Shown here piece by piece: positions 48,748 through 57,740 of a DNA stretch of 64,000 nt; the first letter of the stretch is position 1, and each line of letters opens with the position of its first letter. The stretch is from Nitrospirota bacterium (GTDB lineage Bacteria; Nitrospirota; UBA9217), in the NCBI GenBank assembly GCA_963845065.1, contig CAWJQQ010000009.1, forward strand, positions 160,001 through 224,000. Reading direction: 5' to 3'. The notes beneath the pieces are model-generated. The model was not told the origin of the DNA, did no database searches, and worked only from the letters and a program-made list of their open reading frames with translations. The translations under genes were made by a program, and so were the position numbers.

Positions 48748-48887
48748 GGTAAATTAATCCTCCTACTATTTAGGATCGTTATTTGACTTCGCGATAACGT
48801 GTTTAAACTGATTATTATGCCTGCCTAACATCTACTTTTACTACAGCTTGTTTTTTTGTTAATTAATATTAGCCGCTGAGATGGTAT

Positions 48888-49030
48888 ACGTCCAATATCT
48901 TGTTAGTTGTAAAATGAAACATTATAAATATGGGAAGACCAATATCTTTTTGGTTATGAAACGAAACATTATAAATATGGGACGTCCAATATCTTTTAGG
49001 TTATAAAACGAAACATTATAAGTATGGGAC
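48888..49030. repeat. 3 x 47-bp tandem repeat
   Basis: CCAATATCTT at 48892, 48939 and 48986; GAAACATTATAA.TATGGGA in each unit. Confidence 0.92.
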
Positions 49031-49157
49031 TAAGACAGCTCAAATATTTTGTTGCAAGGGGGAGTGGATGAACTTGCGCATTTACTTTCCGGAGAAATAC
49101 CAGAATAAGAATTATGCAAAAGACGAAAGCTAGCTACCATGATATTAAAAACGAACT

Positions 49158-49342
49158 GGCAGCCTGTGCTGCTTATACGATAATTATTCTTTGCAGTTTC
49201 AACACATGTGAAGGGGATGTCCGATTAGTTACGCTTTTTATCTCAATGCGCCGTAAGACCCGGTTGTGAGGCCGGGGAGGAGGTCAAAAAAGGAAAACCT
49301 TAAACAGTGAAAAAGACCTCATTACAAAAGGTGTCATGAGAA
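49158..49342. repeat. Non-coding direct repeat, copy 2 (with a mini-element insertion)
   Basis: Matches 42313-42451 apart from an insertion of about 46 bp. Confidence 0.8.
49242..49287 (+). mobile_element. IS200/IS605-type single-hairpin mini-element
   Basis: Absent from paralogous copy 1; hairpin CCCGGTT...GGCCGGG followed by AGGAGGTCAA. Confidence 0.6.
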
Positions 49343-49448
49343 TTATGGCGTTGCAGCTACCAATGAAATGAGGACGAGAGCGATTGCTGATGACTTTAAA
49401 GGCGTATTGGGGTAACATTTAAAAGATAAATACTAATGAAGTCGTACA

Positions 49449-51251
49449 ATGACGAATCCCCTCACCTTAATATCTAAATCCCTCGCGGCGAAACTTATTA
49501 TTGCCCTTATATCGGTCATCATAATCGGCGCAGGCATATCGTGGTACACGTTGATCCATACGGGCAGGAGAAATCTTATACACGACGCCGTGAAGGAAGC
49601 CACCGCGTACTCCGATCTCATTAAAAGAAGCATACGATACGATATGCTCACAGTCAACAGAGAAGCGATACAGCGGACCATAGACGACCTCAAATCGGCG
49701 ACAGATATCAAGGGGATCAAACTGTTCGACAGCACAGGGAGGATTTTTTACTCTTCAACGGAGGCGGAAATCGGGCAGCAGATCGACAGGACTTCCCAAG
49801 TATGTAAGGGCTGTCATATCGGCAACAATAAACCTTCCGGAAATCTGGCTGGCACGGGCCAATGGGCGACCTATCGGGGAACGGATGGATATAATGTGCT
49901 GACCTTCATTGATCCAATCTACAACGAACTTTCCTGCTCGCAGGCTGCCTGCCATGTTCATGCCCCTACCAAGCGCATACTCGGCATCCTTGAGTCGGAT
50001 TTTTCTCTTGCTCCCGTCGATAGAAGAATTCAAGAGCAAATGGTGAACACAACAGTTTACGCCGTTGTATTAATGAGCGTCATCTCCACCATCCTCTACA
50101 TGGTTATCAGGAAGTTTGTGTTGAAACCCATGTCGACCCTTTCGAAGGCCATGGGATATGTTAAACAGGGGTACCTTGGCCGCACCGTAACAGCGGCTTC
50201 ACAGGATGAAGTAGGCCAACTCGTCGGGTCTTTCAATGAAATGACACAAGAGCTCAAAACGGCGAGGGAACGGTTGAAGAATTGGACGGAGAGCCTCGAA
50301 TGTGAGATAGCAAAAAAGAGCGATGAGCTGAAGAAATCCCAGGACAAGTTGATTGAGGCAGAGAAGTTGGCTGCGCTGGGCAGGCTTACTGCGGACGTGG
50401 CGCACTCAATACGAAACCCTCTTACCGCAATAGGCGGGTTTGCACGCATACTCTATAAAAGCGCTTTAGCCGAAAAAGAAAAAAAACGTGTGGAAGTCAT
50501 CGTCGCGGAGGTCGCCAGGCTTGAGAAAATATTGAGGGATGTGCTGATGTTCTCCCGTGATGTGCGATACCATCTTGAAAAACACCGTGTTGAAGACTTA
50601 GTGGTTGATGTGGTCAACATGTTTGAGCATACAAGCAGCGAACAATCCGTGACCGTAGAGCTAGCGATAGAAAAAAATCTTCCGCCCATTTTGATGGACA
50701 GGGACCAGGTCAGGCATGCGCTAATCAACATCATAACTAATGCGCTCGACGCGATGCCCCGCGGCGGCGTCCTGAAGATTACTGCAGGGAGTGATTACCT
50801 TCACGGTGTGCGATACGTTTACTTGCGGGTTGCAGACACGGGGGAGGGGATCGGTGAAGATAAAATATCTCTGATTTTCGATCCTTTCTTTACCACAAAG
50901 ATTATAGATCACGGCACTGGCCTTGGTCTGTCAATAACGAGAAAGATCATGGAAGAACACAGCGGCTTTACTAAGGCGGAGAGCACCAAAGGGAAAGGCT
51001 CCACTTTCAGCCTGTATTTCCCACAGCAAAGCGATGAGGAATCAGATGAAATAAAATGCTGGGAATACATGAAATGCGGAAGGGATAAAGATGCAACCTC
51101 GAAATGTCCCGCAAACCCGAATTTCGGAAGGAGCTGCTGGGCAGTGGCGGGCACGTTCTGCGAAGGCAAAGTTCAGGGTACCTTTGCACAGAAATACGAG
51201 GATTGCGTAAAATGTGATTTTTATCAGATGGTACAAAAACTGAGGAAATAA
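49449..51251 (+). CDS. Sensor histidine kinase: periplasmic heme c motifs, HAMP, HisKA/HATPase, C-terminal two-CW-type Cys domain
   Basis: CKGCH and CSQAACH between two TM helices; VAHSIRNPL; FDPFFTTK..GTGLGL; CWEYMKC..CP..CW.VAGTFC.GKVQG..C..C.FY. Confidence 0.9.
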   Translation: MTNPLTLISKSLAAKLIIALISVIIIGAGISWYTLIHTGRRNLIHDAVKEATAYSDLIKRSIRYDMLTVNREAIQRTIDDLKSATDIKGIKLFDSTGRIFYSSTEAEIGQQIDRTSQVCKGCHIGNNKPSGNLAGTGQWATYRGTDGYNVLTFIDPIYNELSCSQAACHVHAPTKRILGILESDFSLAPVDRRIQEQMVNTTVYAVVLMSVISTILYMVIRKFVLKPMSTLSKAMGYVKQGYLGRTVTAASQDEVGQLVGSFNEMTQELKTARERLKNWTESLECEIAKKSDELKKSQDKLIEAEKLAALGRLTADVAHSIRNPLTAIGGFARILYKSALAEKEKKRVEVIVAEVARLEKILRDVLMFSRDVRYHLEKHRVEDLVVDVVNMFEHTSSEQSVTVELAIEKNLPPILMDRDQVRHALINIITNALDAMPRGGVLKITAGSDYLHGVRYVYLRVADTGEGIGEDKISLIFDPFFTTKIIDHGTGLGLSITRKIMEEHSGFTKAESTKGKGSTFSLYFPQQSDEESDEIKCWEYMKCGRDKDATSKCPANPNFGRSCWAVAGTFCEGKVQGTFAQKYEDCVKCDFYQMVQKLRK

Positions 51252-51391
51252 CCGCCTCCGGCATTTTCTTAGACTACATGCATTATTTTCTTCATTTCCT
51301 TTGCTTTTCTTCAGTGAAGCGCATACTACAAATACGGGCAAAACTCGGGTGTAAATTGCAGGCCAAATGTACGGTAGAGAAACCAACGGTA

Positions 51392-52642
51392 TTATTCGTT
51401 GTATTCCTTCTCCTCCGTAAATTCCGCTCCGGCGGCATCCTCTTCCACGTTGCGTCCTCGCTGCGTCATCTTCCCAAATTCCTTGTAAAACTCGTGCTGG
51501 ATGACCAATTCCATAATCTCGTTCGTCCCCGTCCAAATCGTAATCAGACGGACATCGCGCAGAAGTTTTTCCACCGGGAAGATATTGGTATAGCCGATAC
51601 CCCCCAACACCTGCATGGCATGATTAACCACCTCCCACGCCACTTCCGTTGAGAATTTTTTGGATTCCGAGACCAGACGGCGAATCTTGCCGGGGTCGCC
51701 ACCCGCTTCGATGGCGTGCGCGGTCGCAAAATTCAAAGCGCGCGCAGCGTCCAAACGGGTAACGCTATCTGCAATCTTGAAACTGACGGCTTCGAATTGT
51801 CGGATTTTCTGCCCGAAGGCGCGCCGGCGGTCAGCATAGCGCGCGGCAATCTCAATCGCAGCGCGTCCCATCCCGACCGCGCCTCCGGCGGAGGTCATCC
51901 GCTCAGGAATCATCATCTGGTGGAAGACCGCCGTCCCGTTGCCGATTCCCGCCTCCCCTCCGAGGACGTTTTCCACTGGCACTGGTACATTTTTGAAGGT
52001 GATGCGACCCGTCCCACCACCGCGGGTGCCCATCAACCCATAAACATGCGCGACCTCTATACCCAATTCCCGCTCGATCAAAAAGGCGGTCATCGCCTTT
52101 TTGGGGTCGTCAATCCCCTCGACACTCCCGTAAATCAGGAACAGGTCTGCCCCTTCCGCGCCGACGACAAAGCGTTTTTGCCCTGAAAGGTAGAAGACAT
52201 CTCCTTCCCGGCGGGCGCGGGTGGTCGCGGCGAAGAAATCTGAGCCGCCGCGCGGTTCGGTCAATCCCTCAGCGACGCCGATTTCTCCGGCAATCATCGG
52301 CTTGAGATATTTTTCTTTTTGTTCTGCGGTGCCGAACTTGTTAACCGCCTCACCAACAATCGAAATCAGCGAGTAGAGGCAACCCAGTGATGTCCCCAGC
52401 ACGCCGACTTCCTCGAGCGCGACAAGTTCGGACATCCACGGCAACTCCGCGCCGCCGTATTTGGTGGGGAAACGAAGCCCCAGCAGGCCGTGGCGTCCCG
52501 CTTCTACCAGAAATGCCTTCGGATAGTGTATTTTGTCCGCGTCCATATCCAAAAGGAGTTGACGAGGCACCGATGCGACGAAATCCTGTACCTTTGCACG
52601 CAAGGCAAGTTCTTCGGGAGTCAACATAGCTTGAATAGACAT
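51392..52642 (-). CDS. Acyl-CoA dehydrogenase
   Basis: [32 protein letters not shown] and GTNEI motifs. Confidence 0.93.
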   Translation of the reverse strand: MSIQAMLTPEELALRAKVQDFVASVPRQLLLDMDADKIHYPKAFLVEAGRHGLLGLRFPTKYGGAELPWMSELVALEEVGVLGTSLGCLYSLISIVGEAVNKFGTAEQKEKYLKPMIAGEIGVAEGLTEPRGGSDFFAATTRARREGDVFYLSGQKRFVVGAEGADLFLIYGSVEGIDDPKKAMTAFLIERELGIEVAHVYGLMGTRGGGTGRITFKNVPVPVENVLGGEAGIGNGTAVFHQMMIPERMTSAGGAVGMGRAAIEIAARYADRRRAFGQKIRQFEAVSFKIADSVTRLDAARALNFATAHAIEAGGDPGKIRRLVSESKKFSTEVAWEVVNHAMQVLGGIGYTNIFPVEKLLRDVRLITIWTGTNEIMELVIQHEFYKEFGKMTQRGRNVEEDAAGAEFTEEKEYNE

Positions 52643-52656
52643 AGCAAACTCCAATC

Positions 52657-54228
52657 CTATGAGGCAAATTGTTTACGCAAGGCAACTTTGTTGATTTTCC
52701 CGGCGCTCGTGAGAGGAATTTCATCCACGAACTCAAACGCATCGGGAATCCAATGCTTGGCAATTTTCCCCTCCGCGATTTTTGGCTCAAGGAAAACCCT
52801 CAATTCGTCGGCCGTTACTTTGCCTGCGGGTTTCACGATGGCAACAGGACGCTCGCCCCATTTTTTGTCCGGGCGGGCAATGACTGCGACGATCCCCACC
52901 GCCGGATGTTCCGAGAGCATGGCTTCCAACATCCCCGTAGGAATCCACTCGCCGCCACTTTTCACCGCATCGCGCTCGCGGTCCGCAACGTAAAGGCCGC
53001 CATTTGGATGCATCACGCCTAAATCACCGGAGCGGAACCAACCGTCAATGTACGTTTCGGCAGTAAGTTCCGGTTCCTTGTAATAACCTTCGGGAAGCCA
53101 TGGACTGCATACCCACACCGCGCCAAGACTTTGCCCATCATGAGGGACGTCGCTGCCGTCTTTATCTCGCAAAGACACCTCCACCATCGGGAAAGGACGC
53201 ATACCTGCGCGCAGCCATTCCAGTGCTTCTGGGGTATCTGGCTTGACATCCTCCGGAACGACAGAAATCGCCGTGCCAAGTTGGTCGGAGCCGCCGTAAA
53301 TCAGGCTGAATTTGACGCCCGAGTCAGCCGCCCGCTTTGCCAGCCCGGAGGTGAGGGGGCTGCCGCCGGTCAGAACTTTCACGTTGCCAAAGCCTGGCTG
53401 GTCAAGCAGCATGTGCAGTTGCGTGGGAACCATGTTTAACATGGTCACGTTTTCTTCACGGATTAACTTCGCCTGCGTTGCCGGGTCCGACGAGCCCGCC
53501 AGCACCAGTTTCGAGCCGATATACGGCGGAAAGAACGCCATCCCCCAGGCGTGAATATGGAAAAACGGCACCAACGGCAAAAAGACGTCGCGGCTGTCCA
53601 CCCGCGCACCAGTGAGGTGCATCGCCATATGGTGAAAAAGTTGTAGCGCTCCCAGCAATATCTGTTTATGCTGGTAGCGAATGCCTTTAGGTCTTCCTGT
53701 CGTGCCTGTGGTGTAAAAGATGGAGAAAATATCGGATTCCTGCACCTTATCTGCTTCCGGCAATTCCCGCTCCTCCCCGCTGGCAACCAAGTCTTCATAG
53801 TGGTAGGCAGATTTCGCATCAGGGAGTGGGGCGTCCGGGATATCGCTCATAACGACCCAGTTGGGGAATTTCTGCGTCAAGGGCTGAACCGCCTTCATGA
53901 AGATATCGGATACAAACAACCACTCGTCCCCGGCGTGAACCATGTTATATGTCATGTGTTCGGGGGAAAGGCGAAAGTTGATTGTATGCAGCGTCGCGCC
54001 CAACATTGAAAGGGCATAATGCAATTCCAGAAAGCGATGCGTGTTGACGTCCAAGACCCCCACTGTAGTTCCGGCCTTGATTCCGAGCGATTTAAGACTG
54101 TTCGCCAGTTTCAAAACTCGCCCATAGAATTCGGCGTAGGTTAACCGCGTCTTCCCTGAAACGATAACCTGATCGGGGTTGGTCACCAACGTGCGTCGAA
54201 TGACATCGTGAACAATATACTGTCTCAT
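52657..54228 (-). CDS. Long/medium-chain fatty acid-CoA ligase (AMP-binding)
   Basis: [32 protein letters not shown] and GKINK motifs. Confidence 0.93.
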   Translation of the reverse strand: MRQYIVHDVIRRTLVTNPDQVIVSGKTRLTYAEFYGRVLKLANSLKSLGIKAGTTVGVLDVNTHRFLELHYALSMLGATLHTINFRLSPEHMTYNMVHAGDEWLFVSDIFMKAVQPLTQKFPNWVVMSDIPDAPLPDAKSAYHYEDLVASGEERELPEADKVQESDIFSIFYTTGTTGRPKGIRYQHKQILLGALQLFHHMAMHLTGARVDSRDVFLPLVPFFHIHAWGMAFFPPYIGSKLVLAGSSDPATQAKLIREENVTMLNMVPTQLHMLLDQPGFGNVKVLTGGSPLTSGLAKRAADSGVKFSLIYGGSDQLGTAISVVPEDVKPDTPEALEWLRAGMRPFPMVEVSLRDKDGSDVPHDGQSLGAVWVCSPWLPEGYYKEPELTAETYIDGWFRSGDLGVMHPNGGLYVADRERDAVKSGGEWIPTGMLEAMLSEHPAVGIVAVIARPDKKWGERPVAIVKPAGKVTADELRVFLEPKIAEGKIAKHWIPDAFEFVDEIPLTSAGKINKVALRKQFAS

Positions 54229-54832
54229 CTTGTCTCCTTTAGCAAATACGTAGAAACGAACAGAACATCTTACAGTGCATTGCCCAAGATGAAGTGAGAC
54301 GAAACCTACCCGAAATTAGGTGGTTCAGAAATCGGGCGAGTTAGATTGACACTTTGGGTGCCAAGCCCAACTATTGTTTTAACCTCCATTTGGTGATCTA
54401 ATTCCTTTTCTGCCTGTCTAATTCTAAGGCCGATCTTAATTTGGGCGTTTGTGCGGTGATAGATTAACATTATAAAAGTCAACTTCGCCTATTTTTAGCA
54501 CACCCGACGGGGAAACTACAATGTCCCGAACAAGCACCCAAAAAGATATTATCGGTAAGAAATACAGTAGCATAGATCGCCGGAGTGGTCAATAAATTTA
54601 AGAGAAAACTTACAGTATCCAGCTGAATTCATTGGAATTTAACCAAAAGACAAATGTTCTATAAATGGAATAGTCGCGAAATTAAATTAATAAGCGGATA
54701 TGGAATTATTTTTCAAGGAGGCTACCGATAAAACTTATTCCGGTTGACATTCTGAACTACTTCGCCTTTACGGATGCGGCTTCTTGGTTTGGGGGACCGC
54801 AGGTGATGGAATTGTTCGTAGTTTCTGAAAAC

Positions 54833-54866
54833 AAAAAAGCAGACTGAACCTCAGCCTGCTTTTTTG
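54833..54866. terminator. Probable intrinsic terminator
   Basis: AAAAAAGCAGACTGA-ACC-TCAGCCTGCTTTTTT. Confidence 0.7.
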
Positions 54867-54966
54867 TCAGTTGATGCACCATCCTGTTTTTTTGAACCAG
54901 TCAAAAAATCGTATCGCTTTGTTTAAATTGAAGAGCGATTACATTGGCTCCACTAAGGCATTTTTG

Positions 54967-55236
54967 TTAAAAAACGGTGATACCATTCTTCCATTCCCGG
55001 CTTGGTTCCATTGAACGTAAGCCGCCTGCAGATGAACCTTCCGCGTATGTTACGATGTGATTGTCAAATGCGGTAATACCGTTCTCCAGGACGAGACCCA
55101 GAGAGAGATCATGGGATGGAACAGCAACCTTTTCAAACGCCGTAATGCCATTATACTCACCAGCGCTCATAGCATATGCACTTCCAAATGTAAGAGCAAT
55201 TACCAGAACGCTCATTATTATTAGTATCTTTTTCAT
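54967..55236 (-). CDS. Small secreted protein with three NGIT[A/V]F repeats
   Basis: Signal peptide ending in AYA; YNGITAF, ENGITAF, KNGITVF-COOH; GAGG RBS. Confidence 0.75.
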   Translation of the reverse strand: MKKILIIMSVLVIALTFGSAYAMSAGEYNGITAFEKVAVPSHDLSLGLVLENGITAFDNHIVTYAEGSSAGGLRSMEPSREWKNGITVF

Positions 55237-55339
55237 ATCAATCGCCTCTTTTCTTTTTTAACTTTATCAAATCTTGATATAAGGTTATCACAGTTTTTTT
55301 AATTGTCAAGATACTATGCAACTTTGCAACTTACCTTCG

Positions 55340-55606
55340 GCCAAAGCCACTCCTTCACGGCCTGTACGTTCCATTCTCTTGTAGACGCCACCATGCGGCA
55401 AAGGGAAGTATTTTGCTGTCCGCACTGCAACTTCCCAGAACATCCTGATGAGTACGCTGCAGACACGATCGGTAATTACCGTTTGCCGCGCCCCAGCCCG
55501 GTGTAGCTAGTGGCACTGCGTTTTCCAAAGGGTCAGCTATCCGCAAGGAACTGCCTTATTGGAAGCCCCAACCAATAGATTTATCTCTGGTTGTAGGAGA
55601 ATTCAC
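55340..55606 (+). mobile_element. Highly degenerate tnpB 3' remnant with IS605-type right end
   Basis: R..EVFCCPHC....PDEYAADTI resembles the Zn-finger/AD.NAA.NI region; GAAGCCCCAACCA...TGGTTGTAGGAGAATTCAC end. Confidence 0.6.
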
Positions 55607-55652
55607 CTAAACGCAAAACCATCAATTTTTTACAACATACATGGTCGTTACC

Positions 55653-57245
55653 TCAGACCTTGAACCAACTAATGCTGCGGTCCAATTCCTTCGCTTGATT
55701 CTGAAGACTGACCATGTTTTTCCGCGCCTCTCCCAGCTTGTCCACTGTAGTTGTTACATGATCGCTAACGTTTCCAAGCATCTGGGCGATCTCCTCAGAT
55801 GCGGAAGACTGCTCTTCTGTGGCCGCTGCAATGCGCTGAATCATATCCATGGCCTTATTGGTTGCGGAGACGATCGCATCAAGTGATTTGGCCGCATCCT
55901 CGGCTAGACGGACGCCGCTTTCGGCGTCAGCATTGCTTTTTTCCATGACCGCCACAGATTCTGCAGATTGAGACTGAACTGAAGCAATTTTTTTGGCGAT
56001 CTCGCCGGTGGCCTTTGATGTCCGTTCGGCGAGTTTTCTCACCTCATCTGCCACCACGGCGAATCCTCTTCCCTGTTCCCCTGCCCGGGCTGCCTCGATG
56101 GCTGCATTAAGAGCGAGCAAATTCGTCTGGTCGGCTATGCTATTGATGACCGTCACGATTTCCCCGATCTCTTTTGATCTTTTCCCCAATTCCTCAATCG
56201 TTCCGGCCGATGTCCGTACGGACCCGGCTATGCCAACAATGGCGTCGGCAGCCTTCCGAACCGTATCTTTGCCGTCATTCGCGATGCGTGACGCCTCCCG
56301 TGCTGCATCCGACGAAAACGACGCGTTCTTGGCAACGTCAAGAATGGTCTGGGACATTTCCGATGTGGCAGAAGCGATTTGTTCGATTTGAGAGCGCTGT
56401 TCCTTTGCGCCGTTGTTGACCGTTTCTACAGATACTGCAAGGGCTTCGACCTCCGTGGCCACAGTCCTGCCCACGGACGCGATGTTCATGATCGTTTTAC
56501 GGAGGCTTTCGAGGATTCTATTGTAGATGTCCTTGACAAAATTGGCATCGTCGGTGAGAAGGTGTCCCTCCTTGAGTTCACCTCGTTCGAGAGATGTAAA
56601 ACAGGTCATCGCCTGCGTCATGCTCCTAGTCATCATCCGGTTGACCATAACCAAAAAAAAGGACATGCCGACGATAGACAGAAGGATGATGATGACAAGA
56701 AGGATTGTACCGTTCCTCGCTGTTAGCCGTTCATTATCAAGGCTTACATTGAAGATCTTCTTTTGTTCCCCGATAAGGCCAAGTAGGCTAGAACGAACCT
56801 CCCGCCACTTCGTTGTTTCCTTCTGAGTAAGTATTTCCACGGCCTCTGCACGTTTATTTGCAACAGCCAGCTTTTGTACCTCTGTTTTGAGCAGATGGTC
56901 CTCATCCCATATCGCTCGGATCTTCACGAGGCTTTCCTTCATGTCGTCCCCTGCATGTTTAACGGCTATTTCATGGTTCGCGAGGAAGTCTTCATGCGCT
57001 TTTCGATAATTTTCCTTTGCTATATCATCTTTAGGATTAATAAGAACGTTACGGGTTGCTTGTCCGGACTGGAGCCCCGCCGCGTACATTTCGTTTAAGC
57101 TCAGCAGCAGTGTTTGATCGGTGTTGATCATGCGCTCATTATTTGTCTGAATTTTGTTGCTGTAAGTTATAAAAAACGCGAGAATAACAGTAAGCACGAT
57201 GGCGTTCGCAACACCAATGGCAATTATAAGTTTTTTACTGCTCAT
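55653..57245 (-). CDS. Methyl-accepting chemotaxis protein
   Basis: Two TM helices; [38 protein letters not shown]. Confidence 0.95.
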   Translation of the reverse strand: MSSKKLIIAIGVANAIVLTVILAFFITYSNKIQTNNERMINTDQTLLLSLNEMYAAGLQSGQATRNVLINPKDDIAKENYRKAHEDFLANHEIAVKHAGDDMKESLVKIRAIWDEDHLLKTEVQKLAVANKRAEAVEILTQKETTKWREVRSSLLGLIGEQKKIFNVSLDNERLTARNGTILLVIIILLSIVGMSFFLVMVNRMMTRSMTQAMTCFTSLERGELKEGHLLTDDANFVKDIYNRILESLRKTIMNIASVGRTVATEVEALAVSVETVNNGAKEQRSQIEQIASATSEMSQTILDVAKNASFSSDAAREASRIANDGKDTVRKAADAIVGIAGSVRTSAGTIEELGKRSKEIGEIVTVINSIADQTNLLALNAAIEAARAGEQGRGFAVVADEVRKLAERTSKATGEIAKKIASVQSQSAESVAVMEKSNADAESGVRLAEDAAKSLDAIVSATNKAMDMIQRIAAATEEQSSASEEIAQMLGNVSDHVTTTVDKLGEARKNMVSLQNQAKELDRSISWFKV

Positions 57246-57357
57246 TTTTTATGTTCCTTCACTCAGATTCCCCGGCGACGCCGAAGGTTTGATTAAGCCC
57301 CATAGGGGCAGTGTTATAAATTCGTAAAATGGAGGCAACATGCCGCATGTACTTTAT

Positions 57358-57384
57358 TTATCGGCATAACGGATAATAACTATA
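57358..57384 (-). promoter_or_regulatory. Sigma28 (FliA)-type promoter of the MCP gene
   Basis: Minus strand TATAGTTA-N11-GCCGATAA, about 110 bp upstream of the ATG. Confidence 0.75.
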
Positions 57385-57587
57385 GCAGGGGTATCCAATT
57401 GTTTCTGCTTCGTTCGCTGGTGGCGGGTAATTCTGTGGATGGATGCGTTGATATATTCAAGATATTAGAGCGGCTATTTTTATAAAACCTGTCCTTGAAT
57501 GCCCAGCAGTTCTACCGCTGGGATAAAAAGGACAATCCTGACGAAGTCAGGATAAGAATCTGATTGGTTTTAGGTTCTATCGGTTTT

Positions 57588-57620
57588 GATGCCACGCAGC
57601 TCTGCTGCGGGGTAATTTAC
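57588..57620 (+). repeat. IS200/IS605-end-like (REP-like) hairpin
   Basis: GATGCCACGCAGC-TCT-GCTGCGGGG-TAATTTAC. Confidence 0.5.
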
Positions 57621-57740
57621 TCAAAAAAATTCAATACGATATTGTAGGTTAGCCTTTATTAGTTCAGAATCCAGGGTTTATGATGCGCCAGAATGATCGC
57701 AGAGATAGACTTCCATTTGTATCCGCAACTGTCGTCAATT

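Larger units (their letters stand above)
48125..48760. repeat. Tandem duplication, ~330-bp period, of a two-ORF unit
   Basis: Homologous starts at 48186/48516 and 48418/48747. Confidence 0.9.

Noticed and set aside
48888..49030. CRISPR array
   Set aside because: The units are contiguous and near-identical throughout, with no unique spacers and no cas operon.
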